DNA of 64,000 bases from positions 41,122-105,121 of the IMG/VR virus record IMGVR_UViG_3300042560_001826; one strand, 5' to 3'. Source of the stretch: a virus. The notes beneath the pieces are model-generated. The model had not been told where the DNA came from. It saw nothing but the letters and a program-made list of their open reading frames with translations, and made no database searches. Made by a program: the position numbers and the translations under genes. Of this stretch, positions 40,934 to 49,816 are shown piece by piece. Position 1 is the first letter of the stretch. The number at the start of each line of letters is the position of its first letter.

Positions 40934-41101
40934 ATGAATAATTTAAATGGTGAGGAGTTCAATCAATTCATCCTATCTAAACTTGAAGAAATGAGAGATT
41001 TAGACAAGGAAAATCACAAGACTACTTTGAGAGCATTTGAGCATCTACTTGATGTTGTTAAAATGCTTGATAAGAGAATTGCAAAACTAGAAGGGAATTA
41101 G
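40934..41101 (+). CDS. Small coiled-coil protein
   Basis: RBS GAGG; ends LDKRIAKLEGN. Confidence 0.5.
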   Translation: MNNLNGEEFNQFILSKLEEMRDLDKENHKTTLRAFEHLLDVVKMLDKRIAKLEGN

Positions 41102-41103
41102 CT

Positions 41104-41574
41104 GTGAAAAGAATCAAGATAATGTCGCCAGAACAAGAAGAAATTGTATTCCCAAAAAATGTACCTTCTGGGTATGAATGGGATCATGGTTTGCTTGAAG
41201 CTGGTAAAACAAATCCTGAGTTTTATTGTGAAGGATATGGGCATACAGAAGTAGCAATGATTAAAGACCTGTTGAATGGTAATGAAATTCATTTCTACTG
41301 TGACGGTGAAATGAGGATTAATTATCTTGATACAAATGCTAGGGATTGCAGCAGGTTATCAGATATTGGAATTGAGAATGATTCCGATCTGCAAAGAGTA
41401 CAGCTTAACCAAGATTATGACTTTGTAAATAATCCTTGGTTTGATTGCTATTTGACTAAACCGGGAGATAGTGAATCAGAATGGCTAGATATCGTTCATT
41501 TTGACATCATTAGAGAAGGGATACCGGCAGCAGTATTTGTACTTGAAGAGCTCAGAAATAAAAGCAAGGACTAA
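41104..41574 (+). CDS. Hypothetical protein
   Basis: DGEMRI, NNPWFD. Confidence 0.6.
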   Translation: MKRIKIMSPEQEEIVFPKNVPSGYEWDHGLLEAGKTNPEFYCEGYGHTEVAMIKDLLNGNEIHFYCDGEMRINYLDTNARDCSRLSDIGIENDSDLQRVQLNQDYDFVNNPWFDCYLTKPGDSESEWLDIVHFDIIREGIPAAVFVLEELRNKSKD

Positions 41575-41575
41575 A

Positions 41576-41758
41576 ATGAATATTCCAAATAAAATAGCAA
41601 AGATTGATGCTGAACTAAAAAAGACAAGAAAGCTAAAAGAACTAGCAGAAGCTGAAGGTAATAGAAATATTCCTTACTGGGTCGGATATGAAGAAGGCTT
41701 AATGTATGCAAGACAAGTGTTTATAACTTTAATAAATAGAAAGGGAATGAAATCGTGA
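41576..41758 (+). CDS. Small hypothetical protein
   Basis: RBS AAGGA; YWVGYEEGL. Confidence 0.5.
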   Translation: MNIPNKIAKIDAELKKTRKLKELAEAEGNRNIPYWVGYEEGLMYARQVFITLINRKGMKS

Positions 41759-42042
41759 TTACACTTTTATCTGCTGAAGAATGGATTGAAAAATACCGAC
41801 CAGAAATGGCAAATGGTGCAATTAAAATGTACGAAACTTTTGGCGAAGACTTTAATTTCATAAAAACAGTTGAACCGAGAAGAGTATGGACTTTAATTGT
41901 TGAAGAGAATGATGCGTTTATTGAAAGCGGTTATAGGTGGGTAAATAGGCTTTCATATTTTATTACGGAAGTGCCTTGGGAAGAAGGTCGATATTGGGAT
42001 AATGCAATTATTGTAAATTGGGGGTCGTTTGAAGATGACTGA
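41755..42042 (+). CDS. Conserved phage hypothetical protein
   Basis: YETFGED...VWT...GYRWVNRLSYFITEVPW. Confidence 0.65.
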   Translation: MITLLSAEEWIEKYRPEMANGAIKMYETFGEDFNFIKTVEPRRVWTLIVEENDAFIESGYRWVNRLSYFITEVPWEEGRYWDNAIIVNWGSFEDD

Positions 42043-42247
42043 TTGGAACACACAAGAAAATCAAAACTGGCTAAATTCAATTAGGAATAATATGGATTTA
42101 GAAGAAAAGGGATATCATCTATTGGCTCAACTAGAACAGTTGGAAACAGATGGTGTAGAGCTTCCATTTGGAAGTTACGAAGTAGCAAAACAACATCTCA
42201 AGCAATTAATATCACTAATCACACAGAAAGAAGAACAAAATGACTAA
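42035..42247 (+). CDS. Small hypothetical protein
   Basis: Coupled ORF. Confidence 0.5.
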   Translation: MTDWNTQENQNWLNSIRNNMDLEEKGYHLLAQLEQLETDGVELPFGSYEVAKQHLKQLISLITQKEEQND

Positions 42248-43247
42248 CTATACAAAACCGTCTTTTGACGAACTAGTGTTCGCATTTGATGAAATTGCAA
42301 AATATCGTGATGAGCAAATACTTGCAGATAATAATGATCTTGTGCGTTTGCCAAGCTGTTACATTATCTCTGGCTTTGATGTTAATAATGAATATGTAAT
42401 CAAAGAAAAGAAGCGCAATATTGAGCAAGATCTGCCAGAGGATATCCACGAGCATTTTGCTACGGTAAATAACAATGTTCTTGCTCTCAAAGATGTGAAG
42501 GCAAAAGATTATAATAAGGCTAACTTTGATAGTGTTATTTCATCTCTAGAAAGAGACGGGAAAGAGCATTTCAGAATGTCCGTATTTTTCGCTAACATCA
42601 CTAGAAAAAGTTATGAACATGATTCTTTTGAACTTACTCCTGTAAGTGGAGAAAACGATTTTAGCGCTATATTTAACAATGCAACATCAGAATTCAATTG
42701 CAATTCTGTTGCCTGTATTGCTGGTTTTGCTATTGCTGAAGCATCAGACTGGAGAATTAAAAGTCTGTACAAAAATATTGATCTTGCAGAAAACTATGTG
42801 GTTTTGAATCTTGCTGCAAATTATCTAAATATTCCACTATCTGTTGCTGAAAGCATATTCTATGCTAATGAGCATACAGTTTGGTCTTGGCTTAAAGCTC
42901 AACAATACTATGACTTTAGACATGGGGAATTAACTAAGCAATCAGAACAGGTTGATAGTCGCCTTAATAAGTTTAAAGATATTGAGAGCTATCTTGATAA
43001 GTTTGGAGATGTTGATTTTGATCAAGATTACTTCTACTCTTGTGAAGAATATGGTTATGAACAAGATACTTTCTGGGAAAATTGTGGCATTGATATGGTT
43101 ACGATTACTTGGAAAGAAGCAGTAGCACTTATGACTCTCATTAGAGATGAGATTATTGTGCTAGATAGAAAGTTTCCTGGTAAGCTTTTGGGTTCAGTTC
43201 CATCTTGGAATTCAGAAAAAATTAGCGAATTACAGGCTAGTAAATAA
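42240..43247 (+). CDS. Hypothetical protein, paralog of 38929-39684
   Basis: HFRMSVF, CNSVACIAGFA, YLNIPL..AESIFY. Confidence 0.7.
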   Translation: MTNYTKPSFDELVFAFDEIAKYRDEQILADNNDLVRLPSCYIISGFDVNNEYVIKEKKRNIEQDLPEDIHEHFATVNNNVLALKDVKAKDYNKANFDSVISSLERDGKEHFRMSVFFANITRKSYEHDSFELTPVSGENDFSAIFNNATSEFNCNSVACIAGFAIAEASDWRIKSLYKNIDLAENYVVLNLAANYLNIPLSVAESIFYANEHTVWSWLKAQQYYDFRHGELTKQSEQVDSRLNKFKDIESYLDKFGDVDFDQDYFYSCEEYGYEQDTFWENCGIDMVTITWKEAVALMTLIRDEIIVLDRKFPGKLLGSVPSWNSEKISELQASK

Positions 43248-43292
43248 TCCTAATATTAGGGTAGTATAATCATAGGGAATAATATCAATAAA

Positions 43293-43306
43293 CGAACACA
43301 TGTTTG
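43293..43306. promoter_or_regulatory. LexA-type SOS box CGAAC-ACAT-GTTTG
   Basis: One mismatch to the Gram-positive/actinobacterial CGAAC-N4-GTTCG; lies between TATAAT (43265-70) and RBS GGAGG. Confidence 0.6.
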
Positions 43307-43314
43307 GAGGAAAA

Positions 43315-43521
43315 ATGATTGACGAAACACACTGGGAAAATGCTCCGGCTAGGGTACAAGATCACTTCATTGAATCAGCTTTCAATGAATTAGTGGAGAG
43401 AGGATTTATCCCACTAATGGATGAACCAATGGAGGAAACGCCGGGTTTTGATAATGCCTACGAAATGGCAATTGAGAAATTCAACGAAAAGTATCCAAAC
43501 GGGTTCTTTGAGAATGAGTAA
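43315..43521 (+). CDS. Small acidic protein
   Basis: ATG 43315 after GGAGG; own -10 element. Confidence 0.6.
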   Translation: MIDETHWENAPARVQDHFIESAFNELVERGFIPLMDEPMEETPGFDNAYEMAIEKFNEKYPNGFFENE

Positions 43522-44465
43522 CCAAAGTGGCCAGAAAACGCACTACGGAAGCGTACAAGGCTTTTTAAGTGCCAATGTGGTCGGGAATTGATTAATATCT
43601 ATTTATAAGAACTGGAGAGAGATAAAGAATAAAAGCGGGTCTTAATTATCTTTCAGTATAGAGATAGAGAATCTATAGAGAGACTAGAGAATGAATAAGG
43701 CTGCGTCTACCTGAAATAAGTAGGATATGTCCCTTAGAAAATGTTGTGTTACGTCCCACAGTAAAGAGGCGAAAAGCGCGCAAATATTACGGTATTTTTA
43801 TTAAATACTATGGTGTTTTATAAAATATAGGGCAAAAAGCCCTTAAAATGCATGAAAAAGCTTCACTTTTGCACAAGCTGGTATAAATATGTATGTATCT
43901 ATCTCTCTATAGGTATAAAGAGACATTTAAACCCCGCCATAAAGGTATCCAGGAGATAAAAGAATGGGTAATAGATAAATTCATTATAAATTAGTTCACT
44001 AATGAACTTATAGAACTTATCATTAAACTTCTCATAGAACTGATCATTGAATTCAGGCGGGAATAAGCCTACTGATTACAGCACTGTAATTTGTAAGGAG
44101 CTAGACTAACCTTTGCCCCGGCAAAAAGAGACGGTAATGGATCCGTCATAAAGGTATTACTTTTTGTAAATCATTACATAATAAAAAAGGTGATTTTTTT
44201 TATGTACTCTAAGTAATATTACGATGGTAATGTTACCAACCGTAATATTACACCTGGCAGATCACCTGACTTCGTTAGGGAATGGATCGACAAAAGGCTA
44301 AAACAAATCCTGGGCGATAAGATCGTCAAATATATCTTTTTTATATTTCTTTCAGGTAAGGTTGGTTTTTTTTAGATCAGCCGATAGCGTGAGTGTATCG
44401 GTTGCGAAACTGATGAAATAAATAAAAAAATAAAAAAATCAACAAAAAAGGAAAAAGGTAAAACA

Positions 44466-44786
44466 ATGGCTACGGAAAAGAATGACGATTTTGAAATCGT
44501 CAATGAAGCGGATTTGGAATTCGCTTCTCGTGGAAGAAAATCAAACATTAGCGATAGCGAAATCGCTAAGGTAAAAGAAACATTGAAGAAAAATCCAAAT
44601 GGTTGGGTTTTGTTCAATGGTAAGGCTATTCCTAATGGAATGACTAACGCTAAGGATATTCGTAACCATAAGGCTGCGAATTCCGCAACGCTTAGGGCAT
44701 TGGCTAAGAAATTGGGAATGAAAGCAGAAATTCGTTGGCATAAGGGAACTGTTCCAGCAGTTCGCTTTTCTAAGGTTTCTGCTTAG
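44466..44786 (+). CDS. Island family A small basic protein (A1), putative DNA-binding
   Basis: FEIVNEADLEFASRGRKS...LRALAKKLGMKAEIRW. Confidence 0.8.
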   Translation: MATEKNDDFEIVNEADLEFASRGRKSNISDSEIAKVKETLKKNPNGWVLFNGKAIPNGMTNAKDIRNHKAANSATLRALAKKLGMKAEIRWHKGTVPAVRFSKVSA

Positions 44787-44817
44787 TAATTAGACAATAG
44801 TTTTCGCAACTGTTAGG

Positions 44818-44853
44818 GAATGGGTGGGGTAAAACCCACCCATTCTTTTTTTT
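44818..44853 (+). terminator. Rho-independent terminator
   Basis: GAATGGGTGGG/CCCACCCATTC stem plus T8. Confidence 0.9.
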
Positions 44854-45314
44854 ATTTGTGTCGATCCCGGAATAAAGATAAAGAATTACGTTACCGTAAT
44901 CTTACAGATCCGCATTAGTGATTACATAAAGGATCTTCCAGGGATAAAGAAATAGATTAGAAAAATGCTTACTAAATTATTTAGGTACGGTGTAATATTA
45001 CCACGGTCGTAATGTTACAAAATTCTAACATTACACCCGCCCCGTAATATTACTTACTAAGTAAGATTACATAAAGGCTTACATAAAGGTAATATTTTAT
45101 ATAAAAGAAATGCTTACTCAAATGCTAAAAGAAGTCATGTAATGTTACCAGCCGTAATATTACCGAACTCCGGTCGAAAAAAAAACCTGGGCTTACGGCT
45201 GTGTAAGCTTTGACTTGGTGAGAGCCAAACTTACACAGCCGTAAGACACCTTCTGTTGCCCCGCCTAGTTAGGGCGGCGATGGTCAATAATCCATCGGGG
45301 ACGATTCACCTAAG

Positions 45315-45617
45315 TTACTTAGACGTAACGAGACGAACGGTAGGAACACCGTCGGTGGTGAAGGCAATGCGCACCTTCACGCCGACAGACTTCGCGCATG
45401 CCCTGAGCATCGCGCTCACGGCAGCCTTGCGAGTCTTCGCGTTCGTACCCTTCGGGTCAACCTTGTACGAAGGCAGAGCCAAAACTTTCCCAGCGGGAAG
45501 TTTAGCGATAGCCTGCGCAAGCTTCGGGTCGGCGTTTGACTTGCGTCCACGCTTAGCGAAACTAAGGTCGCTCTCGTTCACGATCTCGAACTCGGGTGTA
45601 TCGTTGGTCTTAGCCAA
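45315..45617 (-). CDS. Island family A small basic protein (A2)
   Basis: TTG start after AAAGGAG; FEIVNESDLSFAKRGRKS...LRACAKSVGVKVRIAF. Confidence 0.8.
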   Translation of the reverse strand: MAKTNDTPEFEIVNESDLSFAKRGRKSNADPKLAQAIAKLPAGKVLALPSYKVDPKGTNAKTRKAAVSAMLRACAKSVGVKVRIAFTTDGVPTVRLVTSK

Positions 45618-46154
45618 ACGTTACTCCTTTGTAAGAAAAGGTTACGGGTATGGATTAGACAGTAGTACCACTACTGCCCGACGCTGTAAGTTTTGATCTA
45701 GTGTGTTCGTTACCTTACACACGGGTAGGATTCGCTGACTGCCTACCTTCCCAAACTTACCGCCGTGTAACGGTAGTGCGACACCTGAACCTAGCCGAAG
45801 TGATCCCGAAGGATCACCGTTGCTCGCCCCGTAATTTTACGGGACCGCCTACTAGGTGACTCAGGTACGGGTCAACGCACCGATAAGGATTCTAACAGAT
45901 GATCGGCAAAAGCGGGCGGATAGTAAAACGGCTCAAATAAAAGACTACTGAATAGGTCGATAATAGGGTAAAGATAAAGTCCGGCGGCCCTGTAATCTTA
46001 CAATTAGACTTTGATAAAGTTCCAGGACCGTAATCTTACATTGGAAAAATGTATTAAACTAATCTTACATAAGTGTAATGTTACTGCGGGCGTAATCTTA
46101 CGGTGAGTAAGGTTAACGCCCGCGTAATCTTACGCTAGTAATATTACATAGAGA

Positions 46155-46206
46155 AAATAAAAAAAATAAGTCGATAGCGCCGGGGCTCTTGCGAACCCCG
46201 ACGCTA
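46155..46206 (-). terminator. Rho-independent terminator for A3
   Basis: TAGCG.CGGGG stem (46175-46206) followed by a T-tract on the minus strand. Confidence 0.75.
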
Positions 46207-46225
46207 CCTACTTGGCTTGGGGGAG

Positions 46226-46510
46226 TTAGTCTGCCAAGATGACTTGTGGCGTACCGTTGGCACTCCAACGGATCGCAACCTTCTTGCCTGCCTGCTTGCC
46301 TGCCTGACGGATTTGGGCAGATACCTTAGCCTTCTCCGTCTTAGCCTTCGGACTGTTGGGGTTCACGGTCATTCCCGTGAGTTTCAGTCCTTGACCCTTC
46401 TTGAGCTTGGAAATTGCGCCTACGAGGGCAGGGCTCACGGTGGACTTACGCCCACGCTTGGAAAATTCCAAGTCCTGCTCGGAGACAATCTCAAAATTGT
46501 CTGTTGCCAT
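46226..46510 (-). CDS. Island family A small basic protein (A3)
   Basis: FEIVSEQDLEFSKRGRKS...IRQAGKQAGKKVAIRW. Confidence 0.8.
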   Translation of the reverse strand: MATDNFEIVSEQDLEFSKRGRKSTVSPALVGAISKLKKGQGLKLTGMTVNPNSPKAKTEKAKVSAQIRQAGKQAGKKVAIRWSANGTPQVILAD

Positions 46511-46700
46511 TGTTGTGGTATTCCCTTCTGAGCCTTACTTAGATTTGGGGCTCCGTTGTTGTTTAGAACACTATCCAATAGGGGAAAACGACGCAAGTAT
46601 GCGAACAGTCAAAAAACGCTGTATTTATTGGGGTTTTTGAGTGTGTGTCGTGAGTCACACGGTAGAAAAATGGAGATTTCCATAAATTACACGACCCTAC

Positions 46701-46714
46701 CGAACAAGTGTTTG
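46701..46714. promoter_or_regulatory. LexA-type box CGAAC-AAGT-GTTTG
   Basis: One mismatch to consensus; intergenic, upstream of A3. Confidence 0.5.
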
Positions 46715-46923
46715 GTGAGGTATTGTGAGATTAGATCCCATAAACTTTCTTGTGTGTAAAATTACATTTACGAAAGAGTACTAAATTTTTATTACATGTC
46801 AGTAATGTTACAGAGGGTGTAAGTTTTAGTCCCCCCAAAACTTACACCCTTCGTAATATTACCTAGATGAGCTATAAAATTACACGGGCCGGTAAGCCCG
46901 TGTAACTTTACTGCCGTGTAATA

Positions 46924-47280
46924 CTAGGCTGTTGCCAAAACGCTAATGGCTTGGCGTATCGGATACCCATTCTGGATAAATTGGTGGCGTATATCAACAG
47001 GCACCTGTGTAAGTTTACGCATCGCCTCATCTTGGGCATTTACGAGGGTAAGCATTTCCGCCAAATATTCCATAGCGGTATGATTAGAAACTAACGGTAA
47101 ACCGTGTTCGGTCATTTCCGCGAGCTTATCTAACGCGCCTGTAATTTTATCGGAGAGGTCATCACCGATTTCCTCGCGCCCGATTTCCAGAATGATACCG
47201 AGGTCGTGGAATATTAGGGATCGTGTTCTCGTAGCTTTACTAGTGAGAATTACGCCTTCCGCAAATCGTTCTTCGTTCAT
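46924..47280 (-). CDS. Hypothetical protein (island cassette)
   Basis: ATG 47280 after GGAGG; TAATG-coupled to the upstream peptide. Confidence 0.65.
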   Translation of the reverse strand: MNEERFAEGVILTSKATRTRSLIFHDLGIILEIGREEIGDDLSDKITGALDKLAEMTEHGLPLVSNHTAMEYLAEMLTLVNAQDEAMRKLTQVPVDIRHQFIQNGYPIRQAISVLATA

Positions 47281-47399
47281 TATTTTTTCCTCCATAGTTC
47301 TTCGTAAAACGCTCGCCTCTTTTGTTGCCAGCGTGTAATTTTTGGGTGGATAATAAATGCTATTATTACTGACAGTAGGAATATCTTGATATTGGTCAT
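47280..47399 (-). CDS. 39 aa membrane peptide (not in the ORF track)
   Basis: MTNIKIFLLSVIIAFIIHPKITRWQQKRRAFYEELWRKK. Confidence 0.5.
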   Translation of the reverse strand: MTNIKIFLLSVIIAFIIHPKITRWQQKRRAFYEELWRKK

Positions 47400-47596
47400 A
47401 CTTCCATTTTACAAAACTTACACAACCAATACAAGGATCACATTTTCCATAAAGGGTAAGGCCTAGTAATCTTACACACTAAAAGAATGAGGCTTAGTAA
47501 TATTACACCTGCCATACCGGTGCTCCATAAAGATCTAATTATGTAATATTACTGAGCTGTAATAATTGTTGCTAATGGTAAGATTACGCGATCACG

Positions 47597-47610
47597 CGAA
47601 CAAATGTTTG
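47597..47610. promoter_or_regulatory. LexA-type box CGAAC-AAAT-GTTTG
   Basis: Upstream of the B1 promoter. Confidence 0.5.
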
Positions 47611-47701
47611 GTCGGCCGGTGATCGTCGATCGTGCCTATTGTTGCGATCGTGTATGCTTACTATGTCGGCAATTCCGCCGACACTCACGAAAGGCAAGGC
47701 A

Positions 47702-48118
47702 ATGAAGGCAAAGGCAAAAGCGTTCGCAAAGGCGATGAGTGTTCTCATCGGTAATGCGAACAAGGTACGCGCCAAAAAAGGCGTGAAGCGTATCTACGAC
47801 AGCGCGGTACTCAATACCGCTATTGGTACGGCACTACAAAAAGGCGTTTTGCCAAAAGGCGAGAACGCTCGCCTATGGTGCTTCGCAAATGATGCCGTTG
47901 TTGTAGATGTTCGGACTATCGTTCACGAAAACATCGGTGATGAAGCATCGCACGAACGACCCGAAAATACTGTTCGTGCGAGACTCATCACGCTTGCGAA
48001 ACTAAACAAAGACATCACGAAGCTTGCCTATGTTCGTTATCTCACGAACGGTACGCCTAGTGCCGATGATGCGAACAACGACGACGCTTACAAAGTTTTC
48101 ATTTTCCGTAAGCGTTAG
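47702..48118 (+). CDS. Island family B basic protein (B1)
   Basis: RBS GAAAGG; KKGVKRIYD...VDVR..V...RPENTVRARLITL...KVFIFRK. Confidence 0.78.
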   Translation: MKAKAKAFAKAMSVLIGNANKVRAKKGVKRIYDSAVLNTAIGTALQKGVLPKGENARLWCFANDAVVVDVRTIVHENIGDEASHERPENTVRARLITLAKLNKDITKLAYVRYLTNGTPSADDANNDDAYKVFIFRKR

Positions 48119-48130
48119 AAACAAAAAGAG

Positions 48131-48163
48131 TGACGGGGCGGAAACGCCCCGTCATTTTTTTTT
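48131..48163 (+). terminator. Rho-independent terminator
   Basis: TGACGGGGCG-GAAA-CGCCCCGTCA plus T-tract. Confidence 0.9.
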
Positions 48164-48275
48164 GTATCCGTTTAGTCGAGTAGCCCGGACTAATTAGATT
48201 TCGTTCCATAAAAGGTACACGCTTGTAAGATTACAAAATCGTACTGAATTTTTATGCATAATGCTGCATGATTAT

Positions 48276-48355
48276 GCGGGTGCGTCTCTACGCAAAGCTG
48301 TGAGCTCCACCCGCGTAATCTTACACCGTAAAGGGTTAGCTTTGTAATGTTACAC
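48276..48355. repeat. ~80 bp structured repeat, copy 1 (copy 2 at 49578-49660)
   Basis: GCGGGTG...CACCCGC branched stem, GTAANNTTAC, CCGTAAAGGGTTAG, GTAANNTTACAC. Confidence 0.85.
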
Positions 48356-48434
48356 AGCATGACTTGCATCGACTAATAGATCGTGTAGACTATTGGTATC
48401 GGCAATCCTGCCGATCATCACGAAAGGTTACACA

Positions 48435-48641
48435 ATGTCCACATTTGAAACACACGACGAGATAATCCAGAAGGTTCGTACCTTCTATCGGGAGACCTAC
48501 AACATGTCCGAATCAGCCCTGCCATGCCATAACTGCATGTTTGAGCAAGAGCCAGACACCGAATGTGGCTATGTCTGGATAACCTGCGAAGCCGACAACA
48601 TGAATAATGATTCAGACGGTTGCAATTGGGGTAATGTTTAG
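48435..48641 (+). CDS. Small acidic Cys-containing protein (island cassette)
   Basis: RBS GAAAGG; CHNC...C...C...C; promoter TTGCAT-16-TAGACT. Confidence 0.65.
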   Translation: MSTFETHDEIIQKVRTFYRETYNMSESALPCHNCMFEQEPDTECGYVWITCEADNMNNDSDGCNWGNV

Positions 48642-48657
48642 TTACAACTAAGTAAGT

Positions 48658-48695
48658 AAAGCCCGGTCCTAACCCCCTGGGGCCGGGCTTTATTT
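48658..48695 (+). terminator. Rho-independent terminator
   Basis: AAAGCCCGGTCC/GGGCCGGGCTTT stem plus T-rich tail. Confidence 0.75.
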
Positions 48696-48836
48696 ATTAT
48701 TACCTTATAGTAATCTTACCTATAATGATCTCCATAAAGATAATGAATACTAAACTTACTTATTAGTAATGTTACACGCCAACCGTAACATTACCGGGCT
48801 ATCGGTTGCCCCGGTCGATCAAGGGTAGAAAGAGAA

Positions 48837-48872
48837 AGAACCCCACCTACCCTTTCGGGTAAGTGGGGTTCT
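48837..48872 (-). terminator. Terminator hairpin for B2
   Basis: AGAACCCCAC.TACC/GGTA.GTGGGGTTCT stem with a pyrimidine tail on the minus strand. Confidence 0.75.
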
Positions 48873-48885
48873 TGTGTTCTGTTCG

Positions 48886-49404
48886 CTACTTCGTGCGAAC
48901 GATAAACACTTTCTCGCACTCATTAGTCACGCCGTTCTCAAGCCATGACTCTTGAGCCATTCGTGCATCAACGGCCCAGATAACGGTGAGATCGCCCAGA
49001 ATGAGCTTACTCTTCTGCCAACTGATGAGCCTTGCACGAACGGCATTGTCGGCACGGTAGTTCGTAGCCTTACTGCACACTTCGCTACGAAGAACGAACG
49101 GCACTTCGTTCTGGAGACAGAACTTCAGAAGTTGTGCTTTGCTCTTCTTGACGGGTTCGCCGTTCGCATCAACAGTCCATGTCTCAAGAACGGGTTTCGT
49201 TGATGCAATAGAAACTGCTCGCATCAGAAGTTCAGCACCGTCATTCGTTGAGAATGGCTTTACTCTCTTCTTCTTATTCTTCTCATTGCAAGAAGAAAGT
49301 TTCTCAACGGACTTCTGAAAGAGTCCCGACGCTTTCGCGCCGAAAGACTGAACTTCTTTCTTTCTACCTTTCGCTACTTTCGTAGCCTTTCTCTTCTTCG
49401 CCAT
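48886..49404 (-). CDS. Island family B basic protein (B2)
   Basis: KKRVKPF...GAELL...RADNAVRARLISW...KVFIVRTK. Confidence 0.78.
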   Translation of the reverse strand: MAKKRKATKVAKGRKKEVQSFGAKASGLFQKSVEKLSSCNEKNKKKRVKPFSTNDGAELLMRAVSIASTKPVLETWTVDANGEPVKKSKAQLLKFCLQNEVPFVLRSEVCSKATNYRADNAVRARLISWQKSKLILGDLTVIWAVDARMAQESWLENGVTNECEKVFIVRTK

Positions 49405-49577
49405 TGTGCTCTTACCTTTCGTGATAGTGGGCCGAATTGCCCACTAGTAGAAGTGTAACAGAACTAGGTGAGATTACAACGATCCAATTTCTGCATTACA
49501 ATTCACACTCATGCATGATCATGCATAAATGATTAGGAAATCACACTAAATTGTAATCTTACATGCATAATTATTCA

Positions 49578-49660
49578 GCGGGTGCGTCAGAAACGCGAAG
49601 CTGTCTGCTCCACCCGCCGTAACATTACGCCGTAAAGGGTTAGATCTAGTAACATTACAC
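49578..49660. repeat. ~80 bp structured repeat, copy 2
   Basis: Stems identical to 48276-48355; loops differ. Confidence 0.85.
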
Positions 49661-49714
49661 GGAAGTAAGGTAATAAAAACCCCGCCCGGTTTTTAATCGA
49701 GCGGGGTTCTTTTA

Positions 49715-49816
49715 TTACTTGCGATTGCGGAAGTAAGCTAAAACGCTTACGCTGAACACAACAGCAAGAATGAGCGAGTAAGAAACATACTCACTAATGT
49801 TGAGGGTAAGTTGCAT
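49715..49816 (-). CDS. 33 aa membrane peptide (not in the ORF track)
   Basis: RBS GAAAGGAG; MQLTLNISEYVSYSLILAVVFSVSVLAYFRNRK; terminator hairpin at 49678-49708. Confidence 0.6.
   Translation of the reverse strand: MQLTLNISEYVSYSLILAVVFSVSVLAYFRNRK

Noticed and set aside
48276-48314. Hammerhead ribozyme
   Set aside because: A three-way junction is present but the CUGANGA and GAAA core is missing on both strands.
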